Assembly (NCBI GenBank): GCA_046537845.1
Contig: JBKHKA010000004.1
Span: 24,586-88,585 of the forward strand
DNA from: Candidatus Aenigmatarchaeota archaeon
GTDB taxonomy: Archaea > Thermoplasmatota > Thermoplasmata > Halarchaeoplasmatales > Halarchaeoplasmataceae
Length of the DNA: 64,000 nucleotides
Direction: 5' to 3'
Positions 41,751-51,751 of the stretch are shown here, piece by piece. The stretch's first letter is position 1; the number at the start of each line of letters is the position of its first letter. The notes beneath the pieces were generated by a model. It worked only from the letters and a program-made list of their open reading frames with translations, was not told where the DNA came from and searched no databases. A program made the position numbers and the translations under genes.

Positions 41751-42521
41751 GTGATCTTCATGATCGAGATAGAGAGAGAGGGCGACATCACTATAATCAA
41801 ATTGGACAATCCCCCGGTAAATGCGGTATGTACTGAACTTTTGGACGAATTGGATGAGAAGTTGGACGAGGTTAAGAACGACGACAGCAGAGCGGTCATA
41901 ATGACCGGTAAGGGCAAGGCCTTCGTCGGGGGAGCAGATATCAAAGAGATGAAGGAGATGGACCCGAAAGAGGCGAACCAGTTCTCCCAAAAAGGTCAGT
42001 CCGTTTTGAACTGGATAGAGAACCTTCCTAAGCCCATAATAGCGGCCGTCAACGGCTTCGCCCTCGGTGGAGGTTCCGAGCTCGCGATGAGCTGTGATTT
42101 CATCATCGCTTCGGAGAAGGCAAAGTTCGGTCAGCCTGAAGTGGGACTAGGGCTCATCCCAGGGTTCGGCGGGACCCAGCGTTTAGCACGGTTGATAGGT
42201 ATGGGTCCTGCGAAAGAATTGATATTTACCGGTAAACAGATCGGCGCCGAAGAGGCCGAAAGATTGGGATTGGTAAATCACGTAGTGGAAGCGGACGAGT
42301 TGATGGATTTCTGCCGAGAGATAGCCGAGGAGATATCATCTAACGGGCCGTTAGCTGTTCGCTACGCTAAATTATCGATGAACGACGGGATCAAGGTTCC
42401 TCTCGACGAAGGCTTGAAAATAGAATCTGAACAGTTCGAAAGATGTTTTGAAACCGAGGATCAGGAAGAAGGTTTGGAGGCATTTATAGAAAAAAGGGAA
42501 GCCAAATTTAAAGGAGAATGA
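41751..42521 (+). CDS. crt: Enoyl-CoA hydratase (crotonase)
   Basis: AAVNGFALGGGSELAMSCDFIIASEKAKFGQPE is the crotonase-fold signature. The probable ATG is at 41760. Confidence 0.9.
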   Translation: MIFMIEIEREGDITIIKLDNPPVNAVCTELLDELDEKLDEVKNDDSRAVIMTGKGKAFVGGADIKEMKEMDPKEANQFSQKGQSVLNWIENLPKPIIAAVNGFALGGGSELAMSCDFIIASEKAKFGQPEVGLGLIPGFGGTQRLARLIGMGPAKELIFTGKQIGAEEAERLGLVNHVVEADELMDFCREIAEEISSNGPLAVRYAKLSMNDGIKVPLDEGLKIESEQFERCFETEDQEEGLEAFIEKREAKFKGE

Positions 42522-43064
42522 GTGAGTGAAACGATGAGCTTGATAGATCTAACCTCCATGGCGGAACCAGACGAAGAGCTGCAGGAAAAGATAGAGGAAA
42601 CTTTAGAAGGGTTAAGAGAGGATATACCTGATTTCTGCTACCAGTGCGGTAAATGTACATCTGGATGTGAAGCTTTTATCTTATTGGAACTGGAGCCCCA
42701 TTCAATCATGGGAAAATCAAGGGCCGGTTTTATAGACGAACTAGTGAATTCAGACGAGATCTGGACCTGCATGCAGTGTTTCAAGTGTCAAGAGAGGTGT
42801 CCGCAGGATCTTTCCCCGGTCAGGATGATTTTTGCACTTAAGAACCTCGCCGTGGCCTCGGGAAAAGAGATACCCAGCGGTTATCAGAAGATGCTACAGT
42901 CGGTTCTCGGCAACGGGCTGATCCAGCAGACCAAAGAGGTGCTGAACCGGGCGAACAATACCAGAAAGAGAGATGATTATGACCTCCCCCCCGTTCCCCA
43001 GCCTGAAGATATGGATAAAGTCCAGCAGATATTGATTAAAGCGACCCAGGAGAAACTGAGGTGA
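42522..43064 (+). CDS. hdrC: Heterodisulfide reductase subunit C
   Basis: It has two ferredoxin-type motifs, CYQCGKCTSGCEA and CMQCFKCQERCP. It starts at the nucleotide after the crt stop (GTG 42522 or ATG 42534). Confidence 0.85.
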   Translation: MSETMSLIDLTSMAEPDEELQEKIEETLEGLREDIPDFCYQCGKCTSGCEAFILLELEPHSIMGKSRAGFIDELVNSDEIWTCMQCFKCQERCPQDLSPVRMIFALKNLAVASGKEIPSGYQKMLQSVLGNGLIQQTKEVLNRANNTRKRDDYDLPPVPQPEDMDKVQQILIKATQEKLR

Positions 43065-43948
43065 TTATGATGGAGAAGCTTGGCTTATATCTTGGATGTG
43101 TTATCCCGACAGAACAGTATGCCTATGAGATGTCCATCAGGGAAGTACTTCCCCGATTTGATATAAAATTGACGGACCTGGACGAAGCCACTTGCTGTGG
43201 AGCTCCTCTCAGAAATATAAACTTGTTCACGACTATGTACCTTTCCGCGAGGAACATGGCGCTCTGTGAAAAGGAGGGCATAGATCTCTACGCTCCCTGC
43301 CCGATATGTCACCTGGCTTTGACCGAGGCAAAGGAGAAGTTGGAAGAAAATCAAGAGTTGAAAGACAAGATAAATTCAAAGCTGGAGGAAGAGGACTTAC
43401 GATACGAGGGAACTACGGAACTATATCATACACTGGATCTACTGCATGACGTGATCGGGTTGGACGAGATAAAAGATAAGGTGGAGGAACCTTTAGAAGA
43501 TATCACCTTCGCAGCTCACTACGGTTGTAATTCCATCCGACCTAACGCTCTTCCGAGACCCGATGATTCCGAAAATCCCCGAAAGCTGGAAGAACTTATG
43601 GAGGGGATCGGGATGAAAACGGAAGATTATCCGGAGAAACTCAACTGCTGCGGGGGTCAAGTAATATTGGATTACAACGAATCAGCCCTGACCAAGGCCG
43701 GCGAAAAAATCGAGGCGGTGCAGAATCAGGGATTCGATGGCATGTCGACGGTCTGCCCGTGGGGTCACAGGATGCTTGATTCTAAACAGGACAGCGCCGC
43801 CGATACCATAGGAGGATCCTTGGACCTGCCGGTGTTGTATTATATTCAACTCTTGGGGATAGCGATGGGCATCGATCAATCTAAGTTAGGACTAGAATTA
43901 AACCTGAGTCCTATAGATAAATTAGATATCATCGAGGAGGTTGAATGA
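43061..43948 (+). CDS. hdrB: Heterodisulfide reductase subunit B (two CCG domains)
   Basis: CCG domain cysteine patterns are present (..ATCCGAP.., ..NCCGG..). It overlaps the hdrC stop. Confidence 0.85.
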   Translation: MIMMEKLGLYLGCVIPTEQYAYEMSIREVLPRFDIKLTDLDEATCCGAPLRNINLFTTMYLSARNMALCEKEGIDLYAPCPICHLALTEAKEKLEENQELKDKINSKLEEEDLRYEGTTELYHTLDLLHDVIGLDEIKDKVEEPLEDITFAAHYGCNSIRPNALPRPDDSENPRKLEELMEGIGMKTEDYPEKLNCCGGQVILDYNESALTKAGEKIEAVQNQGFDGMSTVCPWGHRMLDSKQDSAADTIGGSLDLPVLYYIQLLGIAMGIDQSKLGLELNLSPIDKLDIIEEVE

Positions 43949-43949
43949 T

Positions 43950-45932
43950 ATGTCAGGAATAGGCGTCTTTATCTGTCACTGCGGGACAAATATAGCGGGA
44001 AGTGTGGATGTGGAAGAATTGACGGAATATGCATCTAATTTGAACGGAGTGACCTTTGCAACCAATTACAAATACATGTGTTCGGACCCTGGCCAAGAAT
44101 TGATCAAAGAGAATATCGAAGAGCACGACCTGGACGGTGTGGTCGTTGCGGCTTGCTCACCCAGGATGCACGAACCGACGTTCCAAGCCGTCCTCGAAGA
44201 TGCTGGTTTAAACCCCTATCGCTTTCAGATGGCCAATATAAGGGAACACTGTGCTTGGGTCCACAGCGATGATATGGAAAAAGCTACGGAGAAGGCAGAA
44301 CATTTGGTAAAGATGAGCGTGGAGAAAGCTCGCTTATCTGAAGACCTTGAAAAGACCGAGATAGATGTCAATTCAGATGCGTTAGTCATCGGTGGAGGGA
44401 TTGCCGGGATACAGGCCGCACTAGATCTCGCGGATCAGGGTAAAAAAGTCTATCTTGTCGAACGAGAACCCAGTATAGGTGGAAAGATGGCCCAATTGGA
44501 CAAGACTTTCCCCACTTTAGACTGTTCCTCCTGTATCTTGACTCCTAAGATGACCGACGTGGCTCGTAATCCGAATATCGAATTACTCACTTATTCAGAA
44601 GTCGAAGAGGTCGATGGCAGCGTAGGAGACTTTGAGGTAAAGGTGAAGAAGAAGGCCACCTACGTCGATTGGGACAAGTGTACCGCATGTGGAGAGTGTG
44701 CAGAAGTGTGCAGGATGGAAGGCCAGATCGCCGACGAGTTCAACGAAGAGCTGGATAAACGCTCCGCTATCTATACGCCCTTCCCGCAGGCGGTACCCGC
44801 CGCGTATACCATCGATCCGGAGAACTGCCTGTATGTCCAGACAGGAAAGTGCGGTGATTACCCGCCCTGTAAAGAAGTATGTGATCTCGACGCTATAGAC
44901 CACGAAGACGAGGACGAGATAGTAGAACTGAACGTCGGCTCCATCATCGTAGCTACTGGCTACGACCTCATGGACCCGGAGAAGATGTACGAGTATGGTT
45001 ATGGTAAATCCGAAAATGTAATCACAAATCTAGAATTGGAGAGGATAATAGACGCTTCGGGACCCACCGAAGGTGAGATACATAGGTTATCGGATGGAGA
45101 AGAAGTGGAAAGCGTGACCTTCATCCTATGCGTCGGGTCTAGAGACGAGGAATTACAGTCTTACTGCTGCAGGATAGGCTGTATGGGCGCCCTGAAGCAC
45201 GTACACCTGTTGAGAGAACACCTGGACGAAGATGTGGACATAAACATCTGCTATACTGATATCCGATCCTTCGGAAAGGGCTATGAAGAGTTCTACAGGA
45301 GGACGAGAGGATTAGACGTGAACTTCGTTCGTGGGAGGCCTTCGGAGGTCAGCGTTCGAGAAGAGAAGGTAGAACTGAACGTCTTCGATACTACCATGGA
45401 TAAGCTCCTTCAGATGGAATCCGATCTGGTCGTTTTGGTCCCTGCACTACTTCCGAGCGAGGGTACCGAAGAACTGTCGAGGCAGCTGCGGATAACCCGT
45501 TCTGGGGACGGCTTCCTTCAAGAGGCGCACCCCAAGTTGAGACCCGTGGACACTTTCACGAACGGGATATTCATAGCGGGATGCTGTCAAGGGCCAAAAG
45601 ATATACCAGATTCAGTATCACAGGCTTCTGGAGCGGCTGCAAAGGCTTCTACCATTTTGTCCAAGGAAAAATTACAATCCGAAGCCACCATAGCCTCCAT
45701 AGACGAGGATATCTGTAGCGGATGTAAGATGTGCATATCGGTCTGCCCCTACGAGGCCATAGAATACGATGAAGAAGACGAAGTTGCGAAGGTTACCGAC
45801 GTGCTCTGTATGGGGTGCGGTTCCTGCGCGAGTGTTTGTCCTTCAGGCGCTATCGAGCATAAAGGATTTAAAGATGAGATGTTAGAGGCGATGATAGAAG
45901 CAGGCCTGTCAGAAGGCGAGGCGATAGAATGA
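43950..45932 (+). CDS. hdrA: Heterodisulfide reductase subunit A (FAD, multiple Fe-S clusters)
   Basis: IGVFICHCGTNIAG, the FAD-binding GGGIAGIQAALDLA and several CxxCxxCxxxC clusters are present. The ATG at 43950 follows GAGGAGG. The ORF-track frame begins at TTG 43941. Confidence 0.9.
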   Translation: MSGIGVFICHCGTNIAGSVDVEELTEYASNLNGVTFATNYKYMCSDPGQELIKENIEEHDLDGVVVAACSPRMHEPTFQAVLEDAGLNPYRFQMANIREHCAWVHSDDMEKATEKAEHLVKMSVEKARLSEDLEKTEIDVNSDALVIGGGIAGIQAALDLADQGKKVYLVEREPSIGGKMAQLDKTFPTLDCSSCILTPKMTDVARNPNIELLTYSEVEEVDGSVGDFEVKVKKKATYVDWDKCTACGECAEVCRMEGQIADEFNEELDKRSAIYTPFPQAVPAAYTIDPENCLYVQTGKCGDYPPCKEVCDLDAIDHEDEDEIVELNVGSIIVATGYDLMDPEKMYEYGYGKSENVITNLELERIIDASGPTEGEIHRLSDGEEVESVTFILCVGSRDEELQSYCCRIGCMGALKHVHLLREHLDEDVDINICYTDIRSFGKGYEEFYRRTRGLDVNFVRGRPSEVSVREEKVELNVFDTTMDKLLQMESDLVVLVPALLPSEGTEELSRQLRITRSGDGFLQEAHPKLRPVDTFTNGIFIAGCCQGPKDIPDSVSQASGAAAKASTILSKEKLQSEATIASIDEDICSGCKMCISVCPYEAIEYDEEDEVAKVTDVLCMGCGSCASVCPSGAIEHKGFKDEMLEAMIEAGLSEGEAIE

Positions 45933-46375
45933 CAGAAAATAAAGATTTCGAGCCGAAGATAATAGCTTTTCTATGCAACTGGTGCAGCTACGCCGGGGCC
46001 GACCTGGCCGGTGTGAGTAGAGAACAGTATCCTCCAAACATTTTGAACATGAAGGTCATGTGTTCTTCGAGAGTTTCTCCAGAACATATTTTCGACTCAT
46101 TTCAGAAAGGTGCCGACGGTGTTCTCATCGCGGGATGTCACCCCGGCGACTGCCACTATATCGACGGAAATTATAAGACCATCAGGAAAACAGAACTGAT
46201 GTGGAAGATGCTGGAGGATTTTGGTATAGATCCTCACAGATTGAGACTGGAATGGATATCATCCGCTGAAGGAGGCAAGTTCGCTAGCATGATGAGAGAG
46301 ATGACAGAGGACATACGGGAATTGGGTCCGCTGGAGATGAACGGTCATTCCAAGGGAGAGGATAAAGATGAGTGA
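45929..46375 (+). CDS. mvhD: Methyl-viologen-reducing hydrogenase delta subunit
   Basis: IIAFLCNWCSYAGADLAG matches the MvhD signature. Its ATG overlaps the hdrA TGA (ATGA). Confidence 0.9.
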   Translation: MTENKDFEPKIIAFLCNWCSYAGADLAGVSREQYPPNILNMKVMCSSRVSPEHIFDSFQKGADGVLIAGCHPGDCHYIDGNYKTIRKTELMWKMLEDFGIDPHRLRLEWISSAEGGKFASMMREMTEDIRELGPLEMNGHSKGEDKDE

Positions 46376-47348
46376 AGACAAGAAAACCATAGGATTTTAC
46401 TGGTGCGCATCTTGTGGCGGGTGCGAGATCAGTGTGTTAGATATAGACGAGATGATCTTGGACGTGGTCGAGAAGGCCGACATCAAATTTTGGCCGTGTG
46501 CCATGGATCCAAAATATGATGACGTAAGAGCCATGAACGACGATGAGTTCGATTTCATATTCATAAACGGCTCCATACGCTCCGAGGAGAACGAGGAGAT
46601 GGTAAAACTGCTGCGGAAGAAAGCCAAAAACGTGGTGGCTTACGGCTCCTGTTCCAGTATTGGCGGATTGTTCGGTTTGGGTAATCTTCACAGCAGTCAG
46701 GAACTGCTTGATAAAGGCTACAATACTAGATCTACTGACGAAGGTCCGATGCCTAAAAAAGTAAGTAAAGTTGAAGAAGGGGAATTGGAACTTCCAGAAT
46801 TGACACTTCATGTGACTCCACTAGAGGACGTCATAGAGGTCGATTATTATATCCCCGGATGTCCTCCCCTGCCGGTCCAACTTGAGGAGGCGTTCCCGGC
46901 GCTTTTGGACGACGATACCGAAGTGGGGAAATACGATTTCATCTCGGAAAAGAGCGTATGCGACGAGTGCCCCATGGAGAGAGAAGAGAAGAATATAGAG
47001 AGGTTGATCCCGATACAGGAGAAAATGGACATCGACCCGGTGGAATGTTTGCTGGACCAGGGTGTCCTATGCATGGGTCCCGCTTCGGCAGGTATGTGTG
47101 AAGCTGCCTGCCCCTCGGTTGGTCATCCCTGCATCGGCTGTAACGGACCTACAAGAGAAGTTGCGGACCAGGGAGGAAGGATGGCTTCGGCCTTGGCGTC
47201 CGTGATCGCTATCGAGGGAGAAGAGAGAAAGACGGAAGAGGATATCAGAGATGCGATGGAGAGTGTGAGAGATCCGACTGGATCGTTCTATAGATTCAGT
47301 CTTCCGACCAGCATCTTGAGATATAAAAGAGGGGATACCGATGAGTGA
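46368..47348 (+). CDS. mvhG: F420-non-reducing [NiFe] hydrogenase small subunit
   Basis: FYWCASCGGCEISVLD is the proximal Fe-S cluster motif of NiFe hydrogenase small subunits. Confidence 0.85.
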   Translation: MSEDKKTIGFYWCASCGGCEISVLDIDEMILDVVEKADIKFWPCAMDPKYDDVRAMNDDEFDFIFINGSIRSEENEEMVKLLRKKAKNVVAYGSCSSIGGLFGLGNLHSSQELLDKGYNTRSTDEGPMPKKVSKVEEGELELPELTLHVTPLEDVIEVDYYIPGCPPLPVQLEEAFPALLDDDTEVGKYDFISEKSVCDECPMEREEKNIERLIPIQEKMDIDPVECLLDQGVLCMGPASAGMCEAACPSVGHPCIGCNGPTREVADQGGRMASALASVIAIEGEERKTEEDIRDAMESVRDPTGSFYRFSLPTSILRYKRGDTDE

Positions 47349-48801
47349 AAAGAAGAAGATATCCATAGATCCTATAACGAGGTTAGAAGGCCACGGTAAG
47401 ATAGAGATATTTTTGGATGATGAGAAAGAAGTGGAGAACGCCTATCTTCAGGTACCGGAGTTCAAGGGCTTTGAAAAGTTCTGTCAGGGAAGAAGGGCAG
47501 AGGACATGCCCACCATAACTAGCAGGATATGTGGTGTATGTCCGGTAGCCCATCATCTTGCTTCGACAAAAGCTTTAGATGCTGCCTATAACGTAGAACC
47601 GCCCGAGCCGGCGGAGAAACTGAGAGAACTCTTCTATAACGGCTATATCTATGCGGATCATCTTTTACACTTCTACTATCTAGCCAGTCCCGATTTCCTG
47701 GTCGGCACGGACGCCCCGAAAGAAGCGAGGAACATATTGGGGGTTATAGAGGAAGTTGGAGTCGATATAGGAAAGAAGGTCATCAAACAGAGGGGCAAGG
47801 GTCAGGAGATCATCCGCATGCTGGGGGGAAAGGCGGTACATCCGAGCTTCGGTGTCCCCGGTGGCGTGGTGAAATCACTAGATAACGAAGAGAGAGAGGA
47901 ACTGATAGAGTTGTCCGACGATATGGTCGATTTTGCAGAGTTCACTCTTGACCTGTTCAAAGATGAAGTGCTGAGTGAGTTTGAAGAGCCGATAAAAGAA
48001 GATCGTTTGGAGACCTATAGCATGGGTCTGACCGAGGACGGAGAACTCAGCCATACCGGAGGTATCGTGAATGTGGTGACCCCGGATGGTGAAGATCTTA
48101 CCGATTTCTCTGGCGAAGATTATCTTGACGTTATCAGAGAACATAAGGAATCCTGGAGTTATATGAAATTCCCGTATCTGAAAGAGGTGGGATGGGAAGG
48201 ATTCGTGGATGGTGAAGATTCAGGTGTGTACCGTGTCGGCCCGTTGGGCAGAGTGAACGCATCCGAGGGCATGAAAACTGAGAAGGCCCAGGAAGGATAT
48301 GAAGAACTCTTCGAAATGTTGGGATATCCGGTCCACTCGACATTGGCTTACCACTGGGCCAGGTTGATAGAGGTCCTTCAAGCCGCTGAGTTGGTTCAGA
48401 AATTGGCACACGACGAGGACCTGGAAAGCGATAACATCCGGAACGAGCCCGGGGAACCGGGAAAGGGTGTAGGTATCGTGGAAGCGGCGAGAGGGACGCT
48501 GATCCACGATTACGAATTGGACGAAGATGGATTGGTTAAAGATCTCAATCTTATTGTAGCTACCACCCACAATGCGGCACCTATATCGATGAGTATCAGA
48601 GATGCTGCCAAAAAGTATATCGACGCAGGAGATGTTCAAGAAGGGATGCTCAACAGCGTCGAGAGAGCTTTCAGGGCTTACGATCCGTGCCTGGCCTGTG
48701 CTACACACTCCGCGATGGGAGAGACGCCCTTGAAGGTCAATATCTATGACAAGGACGGAAAAAATTTGAAGGAGGTCACCCAGGGGATAGGTGAAAGCTA
48801 G
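47341..48801 (+). CDS. mvhA: F420-non-reducing [NiFe] hydrogenase large subunit
   Basis: The N-terminal RICGVCPVAHHLAS and the C-terminal DPCLACATH are NiFe-ligating CxxC pairs. A roughly 30-aa C-terminal tail after His suggests maturation-protease processing. Confidence 0.9.
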   Translation: MSEKKKISIDPITRLEGHGKIEIFLDDEKEVENAYLQVPEFKGFEKFCQGRRAEDMPTITSRICGVCPVAHHLASTKALDAAYNVEPPEPAEKLRELFYNGYIYADHLLHFYYLASPDFLVGTDAPKEARNILGVIEEVGVDIGKKVIKQRGKGQEIIRMLGGKAVHPSFGVPGGVVKSLDNEEREELIELSDDMVDFAEFTLDLFKDEVLSEFEEPIKEDRLETYSMGLTEDGELSHTGGIVNVVTPDGEDLTDFSGEDYLDVIREHKESWSYMKFPYLKEVGWEGFVDGEDSGVYRVGPLGRVNASEGMKTEKAQEGYEELFEMLGYPVHSTLAYHWARLIEVLQAAELVQKLAHDEDLESDNIRNEPGEPGKGVGIVEAARGTLIHDYELDEDGLVKDLNLIVATTHNAAPISMSIRDAAKKYIDAGDVQEGMLNSVERAFRAYDPCLACATHSAMGETPLKVNIYDKDGKNLKEVTQGIGES

Positions 48802-48995
48802 AATAGGTAGTATATATTTAAATCATGAACAAGTGATGGGGACATTTCGAAAGATGGTCTGTGCACCCCTATTCAAGTAGATTCTATCAAATCGAAGAGT
48901 TTAAATCTATCTTTCATAATTTGAAAGCGGTTTTACATAAAAAAACAAATTGGATTAGTTGGGTAAAACTTGGAAGAACAAAAAAGGTGAAAAAA

Positions 48996-50891
48996 ATGGA
49001 TGAATATGAGAAAGTATATGAAGAATCATTAGAGAACCCTAGATCATTTTGGGCAGACGCGGCTGAAGATATAGAATGGGATGAAAAATGGGATCACGTT
49101 TTAGATGAGTCTAACAAACCGTTCTATAGGTGGTTTTCAGGAGGAAAGCTCAATACCTGTTATAATGCAGTCGATTATCATATCAAAGATGGCAGAGGTG
49201 ATCAAGATGCTATCATATATGATAGCCCAGTAACAGATACGATAGAGAAATATTCCTTCGAAGAGTTGAAAGAGCGGGTTTCAAAGATCGCGGGATTCCT
49301 GAGAGAACTCGGGGTCGAGAAGGGCGATACGGTAGTTATCTACATGCCCATGATACCCGAGTCTCTAATGGCCATGTTAGCGTGCGCACGGATAGGCGCC
49401 GTTCATTCCGTCGTGTTCGGCGGTTTTGCATCCAATGAACTGGCGATCAGAGTGGATGATGCCGAACCCGACGTTATACTTTCTGCATCATGCGGGATCG
49501 AACGGGACGAGGTCATAGAGTACAAACCTCTTCTTGACGAGGCGATAGAACTGGCGGAGAACAAGCCCACGAAGTGCGTTATCAAGCAGAGACCCGAGTA
49601 CGAAGGCGAACTTATCGAGGGGAGAGACTATGATTGGGACGAGCTGGAAGAAGAGGCCGAACCCGCAGACTGCGTCTCTGTAGGTGCTAATGATCCTCTT
49701 TATGTGTTGTATACTTCTGGAACCACGGGTAAGCCCAAGGGAGTCGTCAGAGATAATGGCGGACACGCCGTGGCATTGAAATGGTCTATGAGAAATGTTT
49801 ATGGGGTAGAACCCGGAGACGTTTACTGGGCCGCTTCAGATGTCGGCTGGGTCGTGGGTCATTCTTATATCGTCTATGCACCGCTCTTGATCGGCGCTAC
49901 CACGGTCATGTACGAAGGTAAACCTGTTGGAACTCCTGATCCAGGTGCGTTTTGGCGGGTCATCTCTCAGCATGACGTCGACGTGTTGTTCACAGCTCCT
50001 ACAGCCATCAGGGCTATAAAAAGAGAGGATCCAGAGGCGGAGTACTTTGAAGATTACGATGTTTCCGGTTTGGATTCGCTCTTCCTAGCGGGTGAAAGGA
50101 CCGATCCCGATACCTATCATTGGGTTTCCGATCTGCTGCAAGTCCCGGTTATCGACCACTGGTGGCAGACGGAGACAGGGTGGCCAATCGTAGGGAACTT
50201 CAGAGGATTAGAGCAGTTCCCGATCAAACCGGGTTCGGCGACCAAACCTATGCCCGGATATGACCTTCAAATATTGGATCCCCAGACTGGAGAGGAGTTA
50301 CCTCCTGGCGAGACCGGAGTGATCGCGATCAAGCTTCCTTTACCACTAGGGAACTTCATCACTTTGTGGAATAACGATGAGAAGTTCAAGCAGGAATATA
50401 TGGATCCCTTCCCGGGCTATTATTTCACCGGCGACGCAGGCTTCGTCGACGAGGATGGCTATGTGTCCATCATGGGGCGGGTAGATAACGTCATCAATGT
50501 AGCTGGACATAGACTCTCTACCGGCAGTATGGAAGAAGCAGTCGCGAAGCATGATGCGGTAGCGGAGTGTGCAGTGGTAGGTATCAATGACGAGTTGAAG
50601 GGTGAAGTGCCCCTTGGCTTCCTGGTATTGAAGTCGGGTGTCGATCAAGATCATGAGGAAATAAAATCGGAAGTTATACAGATGGTCAGGGATGAAGTGG
50701 GTCCAATTGCGTCTTTCAAGAAGGTGCTGATCGTCGACGAGCTGCCAAAGACACGATCTGGTAAGACGCTGAGAGGGACCATGAAGAAGATAGCCGACGG
50801 TGAAGATTACTCCGTACCTTCAACTATCGCGGACGAGGGAGCTTTAGATACTATAGAAGAGGCGATAGAGGAAGAAGGGGTAGAAAAGTAA
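48996..50891 (+). CDS. prpE: Propionate--CoA ligase / acetyl-CoA synthetase family (PrpE-like)
   Basis: YTSGTTGKPKGVVRDNGGHAVAL resembles the PrpE variant of the ACS motif. The ATG at 48996 follows AAAAAGGTGA. The ORF-track frame starts upstream at 48861. Confidence 0.8.
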   Translation: MDEYEKVYEESLENPRSFWADAAEDIEWDEKWDHVLDESNKPFYRWFSGGKLNTCYNAVDYHIKDGRGDQDAIIYDSPVTDTIEKYSFEELKERVSKIAGFLRELGVEKGDTVVIYMPMIPESLMAMLACARIGAVHSVVFGGFASNELAIRVDDAEPDVILSASCGIERDEVIEYKPLLDEAIELAENKPTKCVIKQRPEYEGELIEGRDYDWDELEEEAEPADCVSVGANDPLYVLYTSGTTGKPKGVVRDNGGHAVALKWSMRNVYGVEPGDVYWAASDVGWVVGHSYIVYAPLLIGATTVMYEGKPVGTPDPGAFWRVISQHDVDVLFTAPTAIRAIKREDPEAEYFEDYDVSGLDSLFLAGERTDPDTYHWVSDLLQVPVIDHWWQTETGWPIVGNFRGLEQFPIKPGSATKPMPGYDLQILDPQTGEELPPGETGVIAIKLPLPLGNFITLWNNDEKFKQEYMDPFPGYYFTGDAGFVDEDGYVSIMGRVDNVINVAGHRLSTGSMEEAVAKHDAVAECAVVGINDELKGEVPLGFLVLKSGVDQDHEEIKSEVIQMVRDEVGPIASFKKVLIVDELPKTRSGKTLRGTMKKIADGEDYSVPSTIADEGALDTIEEAIEEEGVEK

Positions 50892-50892
50892 T

Positions 50893-50920
50893 CTTCGAGC
50901 GCCCCTTCGAGCGCTTTTCA
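50893..50920 (+). terminator. Hairpin (AGCGC-cccttcga-GCGCT) followed by a TTTT run, directly after the prpE stop
   Basis: TTCGAGCGCCCCTTCGAGCGCTTTTC. Archaeal termination commonly occurs at T-runs. Confidence 0.3.
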
Positions 50921-51098
50921 ATTGGATCACACATATCATCATTACATACTCGGTAGACCGAGATAAAAGTGTGATGTCTTCCGTAAAGTCTTCACTTCCT
51001 GTAGTGTCAAGTTCGTCACTTGGAAGACCTGATCTGTCCAGGTATGGAGATCCATTGCGAACAGCAAAATAAAAATAAGAGAAATATATTGGCCCTTT

Positions 51099-51713
51099 AT
51101 GGATGAAAAAGATCAGCTCGAGCCTCGTACGATAATCAAGAAACCGCCGCCCAAGATAGCTGATCCCGCTTGTTTGGGTTTGATCGGTCTTGCCATAGCT
51201 GCTTTGGTACTAGCTTTTACAGACCTAGGTTTTGCCTCGAGCAAAATGGAATCCCTGATTATCCCTTGGACTCTGTTTCTAGGAGCTACGGCCCAGTTGG
51301 TAGCTGGAATAATGGATTTTAAGAGAGATAACATATTTGGAGCTACTGCATTCACAACATATTCTATGCTCTGGTATTCTGTTTCACTCACGTTGTTCAT
51401 AACTATATTCACGTCCATCGATTTTGATCTCACGCATTATGCGCACGGGCTGCTAGGATTTTTGATCTTCAGTATCATATTGACAGGCGCCTCGTTGATG
51501 ACGAATAAAACTCTCCTGGCAGTCCTTATATCTATCGACGTCGCCATTCTGGCTCTCGTCTCTCATATCTTGGTCGGTACAGGAGCGGTTCCTGTGGGTG
51601 TTTCGCTTCTTTTTGTCTCGATATTCTCTTTCTACGGAGCCGCCGGAGTGCTGCTCAACAATATGGCGGAAAAGGAGATATTGCCTTTAGGGGAACCTCT
51701 CTGGGAGCCATAG
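51099..51713 (+). CDS. satP: GPR1/FUN34/YaaH (SatP) family acetate/succinate channel
   Basis: ADPACLGLIGLAIAAL resembles the NPAPLGLxGF signature. It has six TM helices. Length is 204 aa. Confidence 0.7.
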   Translation: MDEKDQLEPRTIIKKPPPKIADPACLGLIGLAIAALVLAFTDLGFASSKMESLIIPWTLFLGATAQLVAGIMDFKRDNIFGATAFTTYSMLWYSVSLTLFITIFTSIDFDLTHYAHGLLGFLIFSIILTGASLMTNKTLLAVLISIDVAILALVSHILVGTGAVPVGVSLLFVSIFSFYGAAGVLLNNMAEKEILPLGEPLWEP

Positions 51714-51751
51714 ACCGTTAAGGGTTGGAAAAGGGGTCAAAAGTTTCGGAT

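Noticed and set aside
43941-48801. Possible selenocysteine (in-frame TGA) codons in HdrA or MvhA, as seen in some methanogens
   Set aside because: Both reading frames are continuous without internal TGA. The NiFe large-subunit C-terminal motif is DPCLACATH with Cys, not Sec.
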